Assembly (NCBI RefSeq): GCF_009914755.1
Contig: NC_060947.1
Direction: 5' to 3' (one strand)
Length of the DNA stretch: 64,000 nucleotides
From: the human T2T-CHM13v2.0 reference genome, Homo sapiens
In this document: positions 28,463 through 42,455 of the stretch, piece after piece
Position numbering within the stretch: the stretch's first letter is position 1
Layout of the letters: each line of letters begins with the position of its first letter
Program-made: the position numbers and the translations under genes
Notes under the pieces: model-generated
The model's database searches: none
Seen by the model: the letters and a program-made list of their open reading frames with translations, nothing else
Told to the model about the DNA's origin: nothing

Positions 28463-31400
28463 AAATATATATGCAGCAGTAAGATTGCTGGATTGTATAA
28501 CAGATCTATTTTCAGTTTTTTTAAGGAACTTCCAAACTGTTCTCCATAGTGACTGTACTAATTTACATTCCCACCAACAGTGTACAAGGGTTCTCTTTTT
28601 TCCACATCCTCACTGCCATCTGTTCTTGTCTGTCTTTTGAATATAAGCCATTTTAACTGGCCTAAAATGATATCTCATTGTAGTTATGATTTTCATTTCT
28701 CTAATGACCCTCGATGTTGAGCATTTTTTTTATATCCTGTTCGCCATTTGTATGTCTTCCTTTGAGAAATGTCTATTCAAACCTTTTACTCAAGTTTTTT
28801 CTTCGATTATTTGCTTTTCTCCTATAGAGTTGTTTGAGTTCCTCATACTTTATAGTTATTCATGCCTTGTCAGATGGGTAGTTTGCAAATATTTTCTCAC
28901 ATTTTGTGCGTTGTCTCTACTTTGATGACTGTTTCCTTTGCTGTGCAGAAGCTTTTTAACTTGATGTAATCCCATTCGTCCCTTTTTGCTTTGGTTGCTT
29001 GTGCTTGTAGGGTATTTTTCAATAAATTTTTGCCTGCACCAATGTGCTGGAGAGTTTTGCCAATGTTTTGTTATAGTAGTTTTGTAGTTTGTTGTATTAG
29101 ATTTATGTCTTTAATTCATTTTGATTTGATTTTTATATGGTGAGAGCTAAAGATCAAATTTAATTCCTCTGCATGTGGCTATCCAGTTTTCTCAGCACCA
29201 TTTATTGAAGCAACTGTCTTATCGTGTGTATATTCTTGACAACTTGGTAAAAAAAATGAGTTCACTTTAGATTTATGGATTTCTCCCTGGGTTCTCTACA
29301 CTCTTCCATTGGCTTATGTGTCTGTTTTTAAGCCGGTACCGTGCTCTTTTGGTTACTATAGCTCTGTGGTATAATTTGAAGTCGGGTAATGTGATTCCTC
29401 CACTTCTCTTCTTTTGCTTGATATAGCTTTGGGTATTCTGGTTCTTTTGGGGTTTCATATAAATTTTAGGATTGTTTGTCTATTTCTATAAAAAATGTCT
29501 TTTGTACTCTGACAGGGGCTGCATTGAATCTGCAGTTGGATTTCGGTAGTATAGACACTTTAACAATATTGAATATTCCAATTCTTTAACATGGATTATT
29601 TTTCCATTATTTGTGTCATCTTCAATTTCTTTTCTCAGTGTTTTATAGTTTTCATTGTAGAGATTTTTGACTTATTTCATTAAGTTAATTTCTAGGTATT
29701 TAATTTTATGTGTAGCTATTGTAAATGCGATTACTTTTTTATTTCTTTTTCAGACTGCTCACTGTTGGCATATAGAAATGCTACTAATTTTTTATGTTGA
29801 TTTTGTATCCTGCAAATTTACTGAATTTATCAGTTCTGATAGTCTTATAGTGGAGTCTTTAGGTTTTCCTAAATATAAGATTATATCATCTGCAAAAAAG
29901 GATAACTTGACTTCTTCCTTTTCAACTTGGATGCCCTTTGTTTTTTTCCTTTTGTCTAATTGCTCTGGCTAGGACTTAATTATTGTCTGCTTTCAAAATG
30001 TTAGATGAAACAGCTATTCTTAGCATGGCACAGGGATCACAATAGTTACACTGCTGACGTAGATTAATGGCACAATTATTAGCCAATAGTGCTTGGCAAT
30101 TAGCGTGGAGCATGGGATGCCTAATCTGCCAATGGAGTCATAGAACAGCCTATCAGGGGATTTGTGAAGACAAAACAGAGACTTTCAATAAAGTCCAGAA
30201 ACTAAGTGCGCATTTTCTTCTCTTACCTCACCTTTCAATGATTCTCCTATATTCAACCAATATAAAAACTAAGAATGGAGCGTACTTGATTGTGTTATAG
30301 GATCATCAAGGGCTGATATTTTTTAATGGTTGAATTTGAAAAAACCTTAAAGACAATGTTTTTAGCAGTATAATTTTTACCTATTCTATAAATATTTGTT
30401 GAATAAATGAATATTTTTCCTATCTATCAACTGCCACTATGCTAAATATAAAGCAGGTTTATTTTCAAAATAATTAGAAAGTTGAGAGAAGACTCATACC
30501 TTCTTTATCTGATTTCTTGTGTCTTGACTTCCAAGAAAACTTCAGTTCAACTGAAATATATTTATACAGATGTATGTACATATAATGTGTATGTATATAT
30601 GCAATATGTTTTGAAATATGTGTACATTTAATTTTTAAAGAAGAATCCATGTGATTTATATGAATTTTGAATTTGATGGCATTTCTTTAGACATTGGCTA
30701 TTATATGTCTCTATAATTGCGGAAAACAACAGCAGCTACTCTGATATGGTGGTGGTGTTTTTTTCGTTTGTTTGTTTCTTATTTTTAAACTTCCATATTC
30801 CTTTTCTGGTATGTTACAGTGTTATAATTAGGACCCTGTTGCCCATTCTATCTCTCCCCTAGATTAGTTGCAGATTGAAAACCATATATAAGCCTGAAAC
30901 TATATTTCATCAAAGAATGTCAACAAACAAAGTTAGCATTGATGGTAGTAATACCATGATGACCTCAGACATATGGCTGATATTACTCTGTCTCTAAACA
31001 TATTTTCACTTGCTCCTTTACATACTAATTTCTTATTCTCTTTAGCGTGATCTGGTTGGTCTATCTCTACTTATGACCTTAATTTTCATGTCTTTTTCAT
31101 TACGTTGTAATTTTACTTACCCAATTTCCTCAAAGATTCAACTTCTCTGTTAATGGCCAAACAAATGATGGTGAAAACTTCTCTAATTTTAGGAGCATTC
31201 CTTAACAACTTAGAGTAGTTTTATAGGAACATTGAAAAAAGGGATTATACCTGACAGAGCATCCATGCCCATAATTTAAAACTGCTCCAAGCGAAAATGT
31301 AGTTTAAACAAATATTAAGTGGCAAAACCAACCAGGCAAACAAAACTCTATTCTACCAAGCATTTTTGACATAGAAGTTACAGGCCAACATGCAAAATGT

Positions 31401-31924
31401 GATGAGCTATTGAATTCAAAATTAAATAGTTGTGTTTTCAGTACAGTGTGCAGCCAAAATAAGAAATTAAGTTTTATGGAAGCTAGCAAACCTTCTAAAA
31501 TAAAACCACATAATTTTGCACTCAAGGATACTGAAATAAGAAAATTCATGGGAAAGTAAGAAAGAGTTCAGGGAGAAATGATGAAACAAGCACAAAAAAA
31601 CATAGACACTTAAAATTACTTATAAATTGGTGAAATCCAACAGCCAGCAGAGCAGCTTGAAAACTTAGGCAAATAAAATCTTTGATGCCATTTTAAGCAC
31701 TGATTAACCAGCCAGCTACAGAAAGCCTTTAATGCAATAAGACAAAACAATTTCCCAAAGCAATCAATCAAACATTTTATAAGAAGCACATTTTTCTAAG
31801 TTGTTAAGATCCCTGGCTGGAACCCATATATATGGTTTTTGTTATTTTCAAAAGGTTTCCATAGTTGAAGGTCAACAAAATTTATAAAATTTTAAAGAAA
31901 ACAACAACAAAACAGATTTTGGTA

Positions 31925-32494
31925 TTTTTTAAATTAACTTTTATTTTAAGGTCAGGGGTATATGTGCAAGTATGTTACATAGGTAAACTTGTGTCACTGG
32001 GGTTTGTTGTACAGATTATCCTTTCACCCAGGTATTAAGCCTAGTATCCATTAGTTATTTTTCCTTATCCTCTCCCTCCTACTGCCCTTCACCCTCTGAT
32101 AGGACTTAGTGTTTGTTGTTCCCCTCTATATGTCCATGTGCTCTCATCATTTACTTCCCACTTATAAGTGAGAACATGTGGTACTTGGTTTTCTGTTCCT
32201 GCATTAGTTTGCTGAGGATAATGGCCCCCAGATCCATCTATGCTCCTGCAAAGGACATGATCTCATTCTTTTTATGGCTTCATAGTATTCCATGGTGTAT
32301 ATGTATGATATTTTATTTATCCATTCTACTACTGATGGGCATTAAGGCTGATTCCATGTCTTTGCTATTGCGAATAGTGCTGCAACAAACATACAAATAC
32401 ATGTGTCTTTATGATAGAACAATTTATATTCCTTTGGGTATATACCCACTAATGGGATTGGTAGGTCAAATTGTAATTCTGTTTTTAGCTCTTT
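31925..32494 (-). mobile_element. L1PA13-16-type 3' end
   Basis: acttttattttaaggtcaggggta...cacccaggtattaagcctagta...gttatttttccttatcctctccctcc. Confidence 0.88.
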
Positions 32495-33262
32495 CATCGA
32501 AACGTTTTATGTTTCTTCTCCTGAAGGGGCTATTTCTAAATATTTTTATTCCACACACATAACCGGATGCTTTTTCCCATAGGAAGACTTTTTTTCATAC
32601 AAACACTTAATTTTCAACAAGTCCTGAATTACTGGTTTCCCTTAGTCAATTGCTTCAAGAAGAAACAGCCACGTCCTCCTAAAGAACATCAATGTTTGAG
32701 ATACTGAAGAGGATCTGGAAGAGATGGAAGCAAAAGCACAAAATAAAAAGAAAGCAAAACTAATAGAATAAACTGGAAAATGTAGAATAGGTCCCAAAGT
32801 AGTCTTTTGTCTGTTCAGACATCATTTAATGAATCATTAAAAATAAACTGTATTTTAATTTTCTGAATATATAAGACTGTATCCTCGAGGGTGTCAATAA
32901 ACTAAATAAATAGGTACAACTGATGTTTTTCGCGATACATAATCTTGAATTGGAAAGGGTAGAACTAGGCCATCATAGAGGAGTCAGGGGATCTTTGCAG
33001 CTTAAATTGAGTTTTAATCAAAAACTTCCCTTGGAAAGCTGAGATAATGAGCTTCAGAGAGTTATATAGTACAGAGAGAAAAACTACCAACCTACCATGA
33101 AAAGAATTTCCAAAGTACCCGTTTGAATTTTGTTTTTAATCTGGTTTGAAGCAGCACCTTCTCATCTTTTAACCAGGACCCCTTCTACTCTCGCATCTAT
33201 TTGATTTCCTATCATACCACCAATTGCAACACACAACACACAGCCATAAAAACCCACAGGAA

Positions 33263-33429
33263 GCCAGGCACGGGAGCGTGAGCCTGTAGTACTAGCTACT
33301 AGGACTACTGTAGAGGAGGAGGCAGAAGGATCACTTGAGCCCAGGAGTTCAAGGTTGTAGTACATGATGAGCACATCTGTTAATAGTCACTGTACTCTCA
33401 GCCTGGGCAACATAGTGAGACCCTGTCTC

Positions 33430-33467
<38 letters not shown>
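33263..33467 (+). mobile_element. FAM (fossil Alu monomer) with (AAC)n tail
   Basis: Single monomer carrying the 7SL/FAM-type ctgttaatagtcactgtactc..agcctgggcaacatagtgagacc; (caa)n tail 33429-33467; decayed TSD acccacagg / acctacagg. Confidence 0.8.
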
Positions 33468-34280
33468 ATACCTACAGGTACACATATACACAATTATATA
33501 ATTTATTGTCACTTGGCAATAAATAAAAGGAAGAAGAGAAAAATTATAGGTGGGTACATGACTGTCTACAGTGCTGAGTATCTTGATGAATTTGAAATGT
33601 TCAGTTAATTAAAACATTTCAAAACAGCTAGATATTGGATGTCACTGAGATACAATATTCAGAGATTTCTGTCACAGCCACAACAAGAGGCATAACATTT
33701 TCTTTAAATGAATTCACAGGCTAAGAATCATTTCTTCAAATGAACACTGAGCAAGGCCACACTTCATAAAATTGGAAAGACAAGATAGCTCTAATAGATA
33801 TTCTTTGACAAGCATAGGTTTACTTTGATTCTTTGAATTCCCTTTTAGATATTTCCCACATCATCGCTACTTGGATGGTGAGGAAAACAATAACAAAGAT
33901 AGACTATTTGTGCTCAGAATTCCATATGCCTAACTTGAGTTGAAAGAAGTTTTATATTTAAAGAAATAATCTGAGCCCATTAAAATTTCATTAGGTAATA
34001 TTGTGACTATCAGTATTACATTCCCAAAGTTTACTCTGCCAGACTTTTTTGAAGGTAAACACAACTCGGAAAAAAAAAAAAAAAAAAAAAAGCCATGAGC
34101 GAATTGGGTAACGGAAATATTGTAATCGATCACCACTCCCTTAACAGCATTATCTGTAGGTCCACTGTTTCTAATTTCAGGTTAAAGGGGAGAATTTCAA
34201 AATAGACTTTCCAGACCTTGTTATTTGGGTTAACATCATCTCTATTTAGTATTCTTTTTTTTTTCCTTCAAATGACCACA

Positions 34281-34603
34281 TTGGAATGAACAAAAATATA
34301 GGCCGAGTATGGTGGCTCATACCTATTATTCTAGCACATTTGGAGGCCAAGGCAGGAGCATTGTTTGAGCCCAGGATTTCAAGACGAGCCTGAGCAATAT
34401 AACAAGACCCTGTCTCTACTACAAATTTTTTAAAAATTGGGCAGACATGATGACACGTGCCTGTAATCGCAGCTACTCAGGAGGCTGAGGCAGGAGGATC
34501 TGAGCCCAGGATTTCCAGGTTGCAATGAGCTATGATGCACTCCAGCCTGGGTGACAGAGTGAGATCTTCTTTAAAATAAATAAATAAATAAATAAATAAA
34601 TAA
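34281..34603 (+). mobile_element. AluJ with (AAAT)n tail
   Basis: ttgagcccagga in both arms, gttgcaatgagctatgat; diverged dimer. Confidence 0.9.
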
Positions 34604-35179
34604 AGTAATACAGCTTAAGAGTTTTGGGGAGAGGCTATCCCAATTTTTTGTCTTTAGTTTGGATGCTGATTACACTATACATAAACTTTGTAAAAATTCA
34701 TTTTTATATGCTTATGATTTCTACACAATTGAATATATATGTGACTGATCAAACATTTACAATGTACTTGCAGCTCTTAAAAGGTAAGGTAATATATATA
34801 AGGGACTTAATAATGTATGGTCAAAGAAGAGATGTTCATCAAATAGTCAGCTATTATTCCGCAGAGCTACCAATATATAGATATTTTGTGTACTTTAAGA
34901 AGAGTATGAATTTGAGGACTATCTATTTCTCCCTCCTAGTTGTATGGTATGGATAAACCCAGATCCATAGCGGGGAATTATTTGTTAAAAATAGCACAAT
35001 TGTTAGAAAAATCAGGTTATTCAATTTTTAGCCCACTGGTTGTTCTGCTACATGATACTTCTAGTCTAAATGATTATCAATTTAACACAACGGCAATATG
35101 TGGATATGACTAAACTGATTATAAAGTGTGTATTGTAGGAATAAGGCATTAGAGAGCTCTTAGCAAAGTGCTTTCAGAT

Positions 35180-35315
35180 GTATTTTACAAATAAGGAAAC
35201 TGAAGGTCAGAGAAACAAAGCAATTTGCTCAACATCATGAAGTATTAACTAGTGGAGTTAGGTGGGATTCAATTCCAGGTCTTTAAGACTTCAAAGCCTG
35301 AACACTCCTCTGCAA
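35180..35315 (-). mobile_element. MIR fragment
   Basis: Core attttacaaataaggaaactgaaggtcagaga...ttgctcaa...ggattcaattccaggtct. Confidence 0.7.
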
Positions 35316-38300
35316 CATACCTCTTGAGCATGGTATAGTTTTGTCAATTAACACTTGAGCTATGTTGATAGAAACACTAAAACAACTCATTAAATTTTAA
35401 TCAATTCAATTAGGTGGTTGCCAATCACCTTGCTTGACCAATGTTGGACTGACACTTGACACGCGAATGCTTTACCCATAAAAATATTTTTCCTACTCTC
35501 CTTGCTTCTCCTTGCATTTTCAAAAATAGGGTTCTATTTACATTTCAATCTGTCCCTTGTTGAGAGTAATATTAAAATTCTGTTAGAATTTTTGCTTCTA
35601 TATGAGATTCCTTTCACTGCAATTTCCATACTTCTGTTAAACATTTGTAGTATTTTGTACCTTATATTGCCACAAAGATGATACTACTGCATGTGTTCTT
35701 CTTTGATACTTTCAATCCACATTCACTGACATCAAGTTTTAATGGCTGCATCAAAATTTCATTATTTGATAAGGTAGAGTGTAGTTTATATATATAACAA
35801 AGCATGTGACACTAAAATGGATGACACTTAGAGTGATAATATTCTGGTTTCACTCTAAACCTTCTATTTTTTGCTCAATTAATATATGCATTAGTTGGAA
35901 GTCTCAGAGCCTATTTTTCAATAGCACTAAAAACAAAGCATTCCTGACATCTTCCATGGGCCTACTATGTAAAAGTGCAACACAGAGGATCAAACATCTA
36001 TGAAACCATTTAAACTTTCATCTTCCTTATTTATGTTTTCTATTTATTTAAAAGGTTTATTAAACTGGAATGTCACACAAGTTATCCAGCTAAAATACAT
36101 TGTGTTAAAGGTCAAGAAAGGCAATTTATTTTCCATACATTAATTGCTTTAAAATTATTTAAGATGTCGGAACATTTCAATTTTCCTCACTAGGAGCAGT
36201 GTGAAATGTATTAGATCTCTGAGAAGTCTAACAATATGAGAGTATTATACATATAATGTGAAAATAAGTTACTTATTGTTTATTTTCTGATTTCCAAGAC
36301 AGGACCAACATCCATGATCAGGAGGACATAGAGCCTTCTGCAGTGTAACTGTTCTAACATATAGTACAGAATGAATTAGCAATTTTTTAATCTAAAACAT
36401 CGTATTACTAATGCACCAATTATTATTCCTTAAAATTATATGATGTTTTCACTTTTCTCCAGGTTACTTTGTTGTCCCGTATTTTATCTGCTACTTACAC
36501 ATCCCACTGGGGTAAAAAGATTATTACATTTATTTTGTACGCTGAAAAGCTAAGACAGTAAGATAACAAACGAATTGACTGAATCTAAGTGAAATTTAGA
36601 TTAGACACTATTTTTTTGCAGCACCAAATTATTTTTGCTATTTGCTTTTCCTACCAAGAAATAAGTGATCAATGGATGTAGGCTTTGTCTACAGGGAAAA
36701 GTGGGGATTGCAGTAATTTGGACTCCTGTAATTAGCTTCACAGATTCAAAGAGCACCTACACCTTACTAAATCAAATACAAAAAGAGGAGAAGCTATCTT
36801 TTCTTTTGATGCTTTTTTCACCTTAATTTTATTTTTTCACTGCATAATTGAACCAGAAAATACACCATGATCTCCCAGTTATTTTTCCCATGGAGAATAT
36901 CTGAGTTGAGATAGGAGGAAATTTTAAGAACACAGTAGGAAAGTTTAATTCCTTACTTGAATGCAATATACTAATCTATATAAAACAATAATCTTTTGGG
37001 GGAAAATAAGGCACCTTTATTATTACAGTAAATTAGCAACTTTGAAAGTTCGCTTTAAAGGTCTCTTTTCTTAGAATTGTGTGCAGCCGACACATGCAAA
37101 AGGGCCTAAGGCTGAAAAAGCATGAGTAATGTCCAGTCCAGGAATTAAGAAAGTTGTTGAGTTTCTTGTCAACATTTATTTCTTGGACTATACATGGACA
37201 CACTTATTATTATAATAAAGCTGTATTTTAAAAAACATATTAATTCAAATTGTATGAGTGTTAAAGTACGGTATTCAAAAACTTTACTGTTCAAAAATTA
37301 GAAATATGTGGTGTACAATAGAACATTTATACTTATAAAATCCTGTTAAGTATGGTGGTTAATTATTTTGGAGTTTTTTATGATTGGTCTACCTAACTTT
37401 ATTTTAATATTGTGGACTAGGGCTAAAAGTAGTAAACTGAACTTATCAGTGATCAATAATCCCAATTTCACATTTATTTTAACATATGGCCCAGAACTAA
37501 GACTCTATGTTTCTTAGCAACTCTTCTCCTTGGCCAAAAATGATACTTTATATGTTTTAACATCTTAGATGTATAAATAGTTGTAGTTATACATATGTAT
37601 CTAAAGGTACATAAAATTATAAATAAAAAATCACTTCTTTCTCATGCAATTTGAAAATCAGTTATTAATCAACTAGTATAATTTCCTTTTACACATAGAA
37701 AAGGATTAAGTCCAGAGTCTATTATAATTTTCCTCTATTATATATTATAATAAAATTATATATAGTATATTATTATTTTATTCCATTATCTTATATCTTA
37801 TTTTTATTTATTTATACTATATTATTATTATTCTTTAATGACCACAGAAAATTATTTTAGAAATTAATTTCTTTACCTTATCAACTTTCTTCTACTTCCA
37901 GGGAAATCATCCACTTAGTGGTATTGATCTTTTCCCCTCTAACTAAACACAAGTCCTTTTCATAATCTCCCTATCTCAATGGCCTCTTAAAAAGTATTAT
38001 TTGGGAGTTATTGATAATATTAGCAACAGACTCTAGAATATTGGACTTTGCACTTGTAAATGAATATAAAACTTCCGTGAAATTGAAAATCTCTATTCCA
38101 TTCTCAGCCTTTCAGACTTTTTAGGAAAGTCGACAAAATTCATGATTCTTTCAAGAGTAGGAAATCTATATAAAAAATACATAACTTAAATTAGACATTT
38201 TCGAGATTTTAAATACCATCAGTGGACTCCACAGATTTCAATTTTGATGCTCAAAAATTTTAAAAAGTAAAGGAATTCGCTTGTTTTAAAGAATTTTGTA

Positions 38301-39559
38301 ACATTTAAATCTGTATGTGCTGTTATGTAGCAAATATTTGCTATCTAAACAGCAGAAAAAATAAAGACTTATTTGTTTATTTTGCTCAGTGATGAAAGGC
38401 AGTCAAGAAGTATCAGGTGGTTAAAAGAAACCATAAATGCATAATAACACAGAAATTAACATAACCATATTCTGTACACGCCATTCTGTTTAATTTACTT
38501 AAAAAAGAAGGTTTTTTTTTTTTTTTTTTTTAGAAATACTAGGGTTGCTGACAGAAAAGTTAAGGTTATAATATTGAGGTGGTTTTATAGAAAATATGCA
38601 AATCTAATTTGTAAATGTTTATGTATAGCCTGATTCCTAATTTTCAGGAAACAGTTGCAAACTATTTTTAATAACATGTACCTGTCTCCATCTCCTTCAA
38701 GAAATTGACTATAACTTGATCACTTTCCTTACATTATATAGAAAATTGAATTGATTTTGAATACCCAAATGTAAGTCTATAATATGGATGTATTTATGAA
38801 CAAAATAAAGAATTAAAACTGACTTTTTTTAAATTAGCTTTCATTTTTAATACAGTAACTATAATGTAGAAACTGAGTATATTAACCTTATAGCAAGCCT
38901 ATGTTGCTTAATAAGTATTGTGAGCAAAAGAGCAGACATATACAGTTCAAAGAAAAATGCTGTTGACAATGTTGTTTCTTGAAGGATTCTTGAGAAAAAT
39001 ACCAATTGTGTAAATGCACAAACAGGTATCCTTGTGCAGATTGAGATTAGAGAACTGTACATTTGGATTGAGACATAGATGTTTATATTGTTAAGGTTTA
39101 TTGCATGAAAATGTTAGCTCTATTCAGATCTATACATCAAAGCAAAAGTCTGACTGACTGAAAATAAACCTGCATTCATCACAGTCATTTCGTTATAATT
39201 CTCTAGCTTACTCAATAGAATTTCTATGTTTCTATGAAACTCTGACTCAGACCTACCTGCTCCAAAAATTTGGGGAAATTATGTTCTTCCATTTAGACCA
39301 TGTCATGGAAGATAAAATCTTTGGGGCCATAATGTGTCTTGTGAGAAACTTAGTGTAAATATATCATAGCAAGGATTATTTTAGGTCAGGGAAAATCTAA
39401 GAGTCTCACTTTTCAGCTCCACAAAATTTATTGAGCATTTCCATTATCTGTGTGATTTCTAGCCTATTAAAAGCCTTACTCTAAACAATATATTAGTTTC
39501 TGTTTCGTCTCTATGTAAATAAGAATATTTTCATTGTAAGGACAATTTGCAAAGCCTGC

Positions 39560-39710
39560 ATTTTATCCATTTTATTGAGGTATTATTAACAGAAAATAGA
39601 TGGTACAAGTTGTGATATATATATGTGTGTGTATGTGTGTATATATATATGCACACACAGGTGTATATATATACACACACACACACCTGTGAAATCATCA
39701 CCACCTCTAG
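39560..39710 (-). mobile_element. L1M 3'-end fragment with TA/TG/CA microsatellite
   Basis: ttttattgaggtattatt...cacctgtgaaatcatcaccac. Confidence 0.55.
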
Positions 39711-39876
39711 GTTATTCCAGGTATTGGACACATACGAACGAGTTTAAATTTGTTAATGGTGACTATGTCCAAAAAGGAGAGAAGAATAAGGGATGGTCAG
39801 AAAGAATATTTGGAGAATTAATGGCCAAAACCTTCTCAAATTTGATGAAAGATGTCACACTTAAGTCAATATTTTC

Positions 39877-40644
39877 TTAGAAGAGTCATGGACATGTCAT
39901 TCTGACCAGGGTTTTGGCTGTTTTTCTCTCTTATTTTGAGTTTTCTGTTATCCTGTAGTTTATTTGCCTAGTTCTTTTTTTTTTCAATTTATTTTTTTAT
40001 TATTATTAGGCAAGGCAAACCAAAATAATAAGAGAGATAAGAGAGAAATAAATAAGAGAGAACGTTTGGGTTAGTAACCACGGGTCCCTGAAATGCCCTC
40101 CTTTTCCAGAATATCTAATGATTATTTCACCCCCTAATTTGAGAAAACGCCCATAAAATAGGAATGCTGGATGGTTACAGGAGAAGCAGGAAAATATCAA
40201 GCAACAATATCACCAACAGCAAGAAAGGAGGTGTTAAAATTAGCTACAAGGACAAAGATAAGCCTGGGCTGATAAGTACCTTGCTAACAGGATGGGGGCT
40301 AAGCTGACTAAAACCAGCTAAGTCCGACATGACATTGGATTTGACCCATGTCCTACCCCAGACATAATTATACACTCATTACTCTCCTAAGTCACTCACC
40401 CACTAGTGCCATGACAGATCCGATCATGCCCATATTTAGTAGAAAAATGGGTGGCACTCCAATTCTAAGAGATCTCCACCTTTTTCCTAGAAGCCCTCAT
40501 CATTCCATCTTTTAATTAGAAGAGCTCATTAAATTAGAAACCCATACTCCACTGTGTGCAACTCACTCTCCCAAGTTCACTCACACTCCTACTCGAGTAA
40601 TTTGGAATAAAAGCTTCTTGCCTTTCCCTTTAAAAAAAAAAAAA
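39877..40644 (+). mobile_element. ERV1 (MER4/MER41/MER66-group-like) LTR-derived processed insertion with poly(A) and long TSD
   Basis: LTR-like body (cacccactagtgccatgacag; taattatacactcatt), AATAAA near 40606, A13 at 40632-40644, flanks aagtcaatattttc (39863-39876) / aagttcaatattttc (40646-40660). Exact LTR family uncertain. Confidence 0.75.
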
Positions 40645-40770
40645 GAAGTTCAATATTTTCAATGAAGAATAAATGCAAGTATTTCCACACCAAGATACAT
40701 TATAATCAAACCGTTGAAACTCAATGATAGTGACTCTGAAAAGAATCAGGAGAAAATTGACTTGTACAAA

Positions 40771-40893
40771 GAGATATACCTAATGTGAATGACGAGTTAA
40801 TGGGTGCAGCACACCAACATGGCACATGTGTACATATGTAACAAACCTGCACGTTGTGCACATGTACCCTAGAACTTAAAGTATAATAAAAAA
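40771..40893 (+). mobile_element. L1PA4/5 extreme 3' fragment (~120 bp)
   Basis: gagatatacctaatgtgaatgacgagttaatgggtgcagcacaccaacatggcac...ccctagaacttaaagtataataaaaaa. Confidence 0.9.
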
Positions 40894-42282
40894 ATAAACT
40901 TTGCATCTAATTTCTCAGCAGAAACCATAGAGGAAAAGAGGCAGTTAAATGATATTTTTGAAGTCCTGAAAGAAAAATATCTGTCAACCAATAATTCTAC
41001 ATTAAGCAAAAACTGTTTTTCACATTTCTCTAGTAGACCTGCCCTTCAAGAAATGCTAAAGGGATGCCATCAGGCTGAAATGAAAGCTAACTAGACAGTA
41101 ACTCAAAAGACAATAATTATAAGTCTACATTAATGGACACACAATGTATAAAGTGTAATTTTTGACAAGAAAAGCATAAAAAGGGAATAGATCTGCATAG
41201 AACCAGAGACTTTGTATAATATTGAAGCTACGTTGGTATTTTTTCAAACTAGATTGTTAAAAATTTAATGTACTCCATGAAAATAGCAAACAAAGAAAGC
41301 TGGCATGACCAAATTATATCAAATTAAATAGACTTTAAAACAAAAGATGTTACTATGAATAAATGTTGACATTTTGTAATGATAAATGGTCAATCTATCA
41401 AGAAGATACAACAATCATAAACATATATACACCTAATTATGGTGCACCAAAATACAGGGAACAAACACTGACAGAAGTGAAGATCAAAATAGACCATTTA
41501 CTGAAAATAGTTGGAGAACTTAATAGCCTACTTTCAAGAATGGATGGAAAACTAGGCAAATATTAATAAGAAATTGGAAGACTGGAACAATTATAGAAAC
41601 CAATAGATCTAACAGACATCTGGAGAACACTCCACCCAACAACAGAATATACATTCTTTTAAAGTGGACATGAAAATTTCTAGAAGATAGACTATATGAT
41701 AAAACAGACTATATGCTATAAAACAAACCTCAATAAATTTAAAAGTATAAAAATTATACAAAGTATGCTCTCCAACACAATGAAATGAAACTAGAAATCA
41801 GTAGCAGAAAGAAATTTGCAAAACTCATAAATTAAACAAAATATTTCTAAATTACTAATGAAGAAATCAGAAGGGAAATTATAAAATAATCTGAGAAGGA
41901 AAATGAAAACACAATATATAACTTATAAAATGCAGCTAAAGCAGTGATTAGAGAGAAATTTATAGCTTTAAATGTCTGTATTAAGAAAGAAGAAAATATG
42001 TTAAGTCAATAATCTAAACTCTTATCTAAAGAAAGTTCAAAAAAGAAGAGAAAACTATACCTAAAAGAATTGTTGCTTCAATACATGAGATACTGGATCT
42101 GGCAGAAGAGCTTTGTAAACTATAAAGTACAATAGAAATATTAGTTACTGTTAAATAAATAAAGGATTATCTGTGTCACTCAGTAACCATACACTGATGC
42201 TTTCTGGTCCTATCTGTCCTTTGCTTCTAGCACCTACCTCTGGAGAGACCTCTTCAAGAAGCTACAAAATGTATCCTGCCCC

Positions 42283-42455
42283 CAGGGCCAGCTTCATGGG
42301 CATATGACCTGTGCAATCTCATAGGTTCCCATGCTCAGACGCCCAGGGCTTAGTTTAATGCTCTATCTGTCCTCTTAATATTCTTAATAATTTTTGAAGA
42401 AGGGGCTTGTGTTTTCATTTTGGACTGGGCCTTACAGATTACGGAACCAGTGATG
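42283..42455 (+). mobile_element. MER45A-like hAT MITE
   Basis: cagggccagcttcatgggcatatgacctgtgca...ttcttaataatttttgaa...ttttcattttggactgggcc. Confidence 0.65.

Larger units (their letters stand above)
26500..29980 (-). mobile_element. L1MA1/2 3'UTR + ORF2 3' region, right segment (interrupted by L1PA8)
   Basis: Antisense L1MA 26500-26896 continues at 28463-29980; ORF 29273-29458(-) SGGITLPDFKLYHRAIVTK. Confidence 0.85.
39725..42065 (+). mobile_element. Old L1M ORF1 + ORF2 endonuclease region; host of the LTR retrocopy and an L1PA4/5 tail
   Basis: agaatatttggagaattaatggccaaaaccttctcaaatttgatgaaaga (ORF1); ORF 41363-41566 SIYQEDTTIINIYTPNYGAPKY...IVGELNSLLS (EN domain). Confidence 0.8.

Noticed and set aside
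37715-37840. Extremely AT-rich stretch
   Set aside because: Low-complexity sequence without periodic or family signal.
38859-39062. Possible coding exon in unique DNA
   Set aside because: No recognisable protein similarity in the frames examined and no convincing splice-site pair.
41688-41726. Short tandem duplication agactatatg(c/-)..ataaaac (similar 18-bp duplication near 42879-42915)
   Set aside because: Ordinary slippage microduplications.
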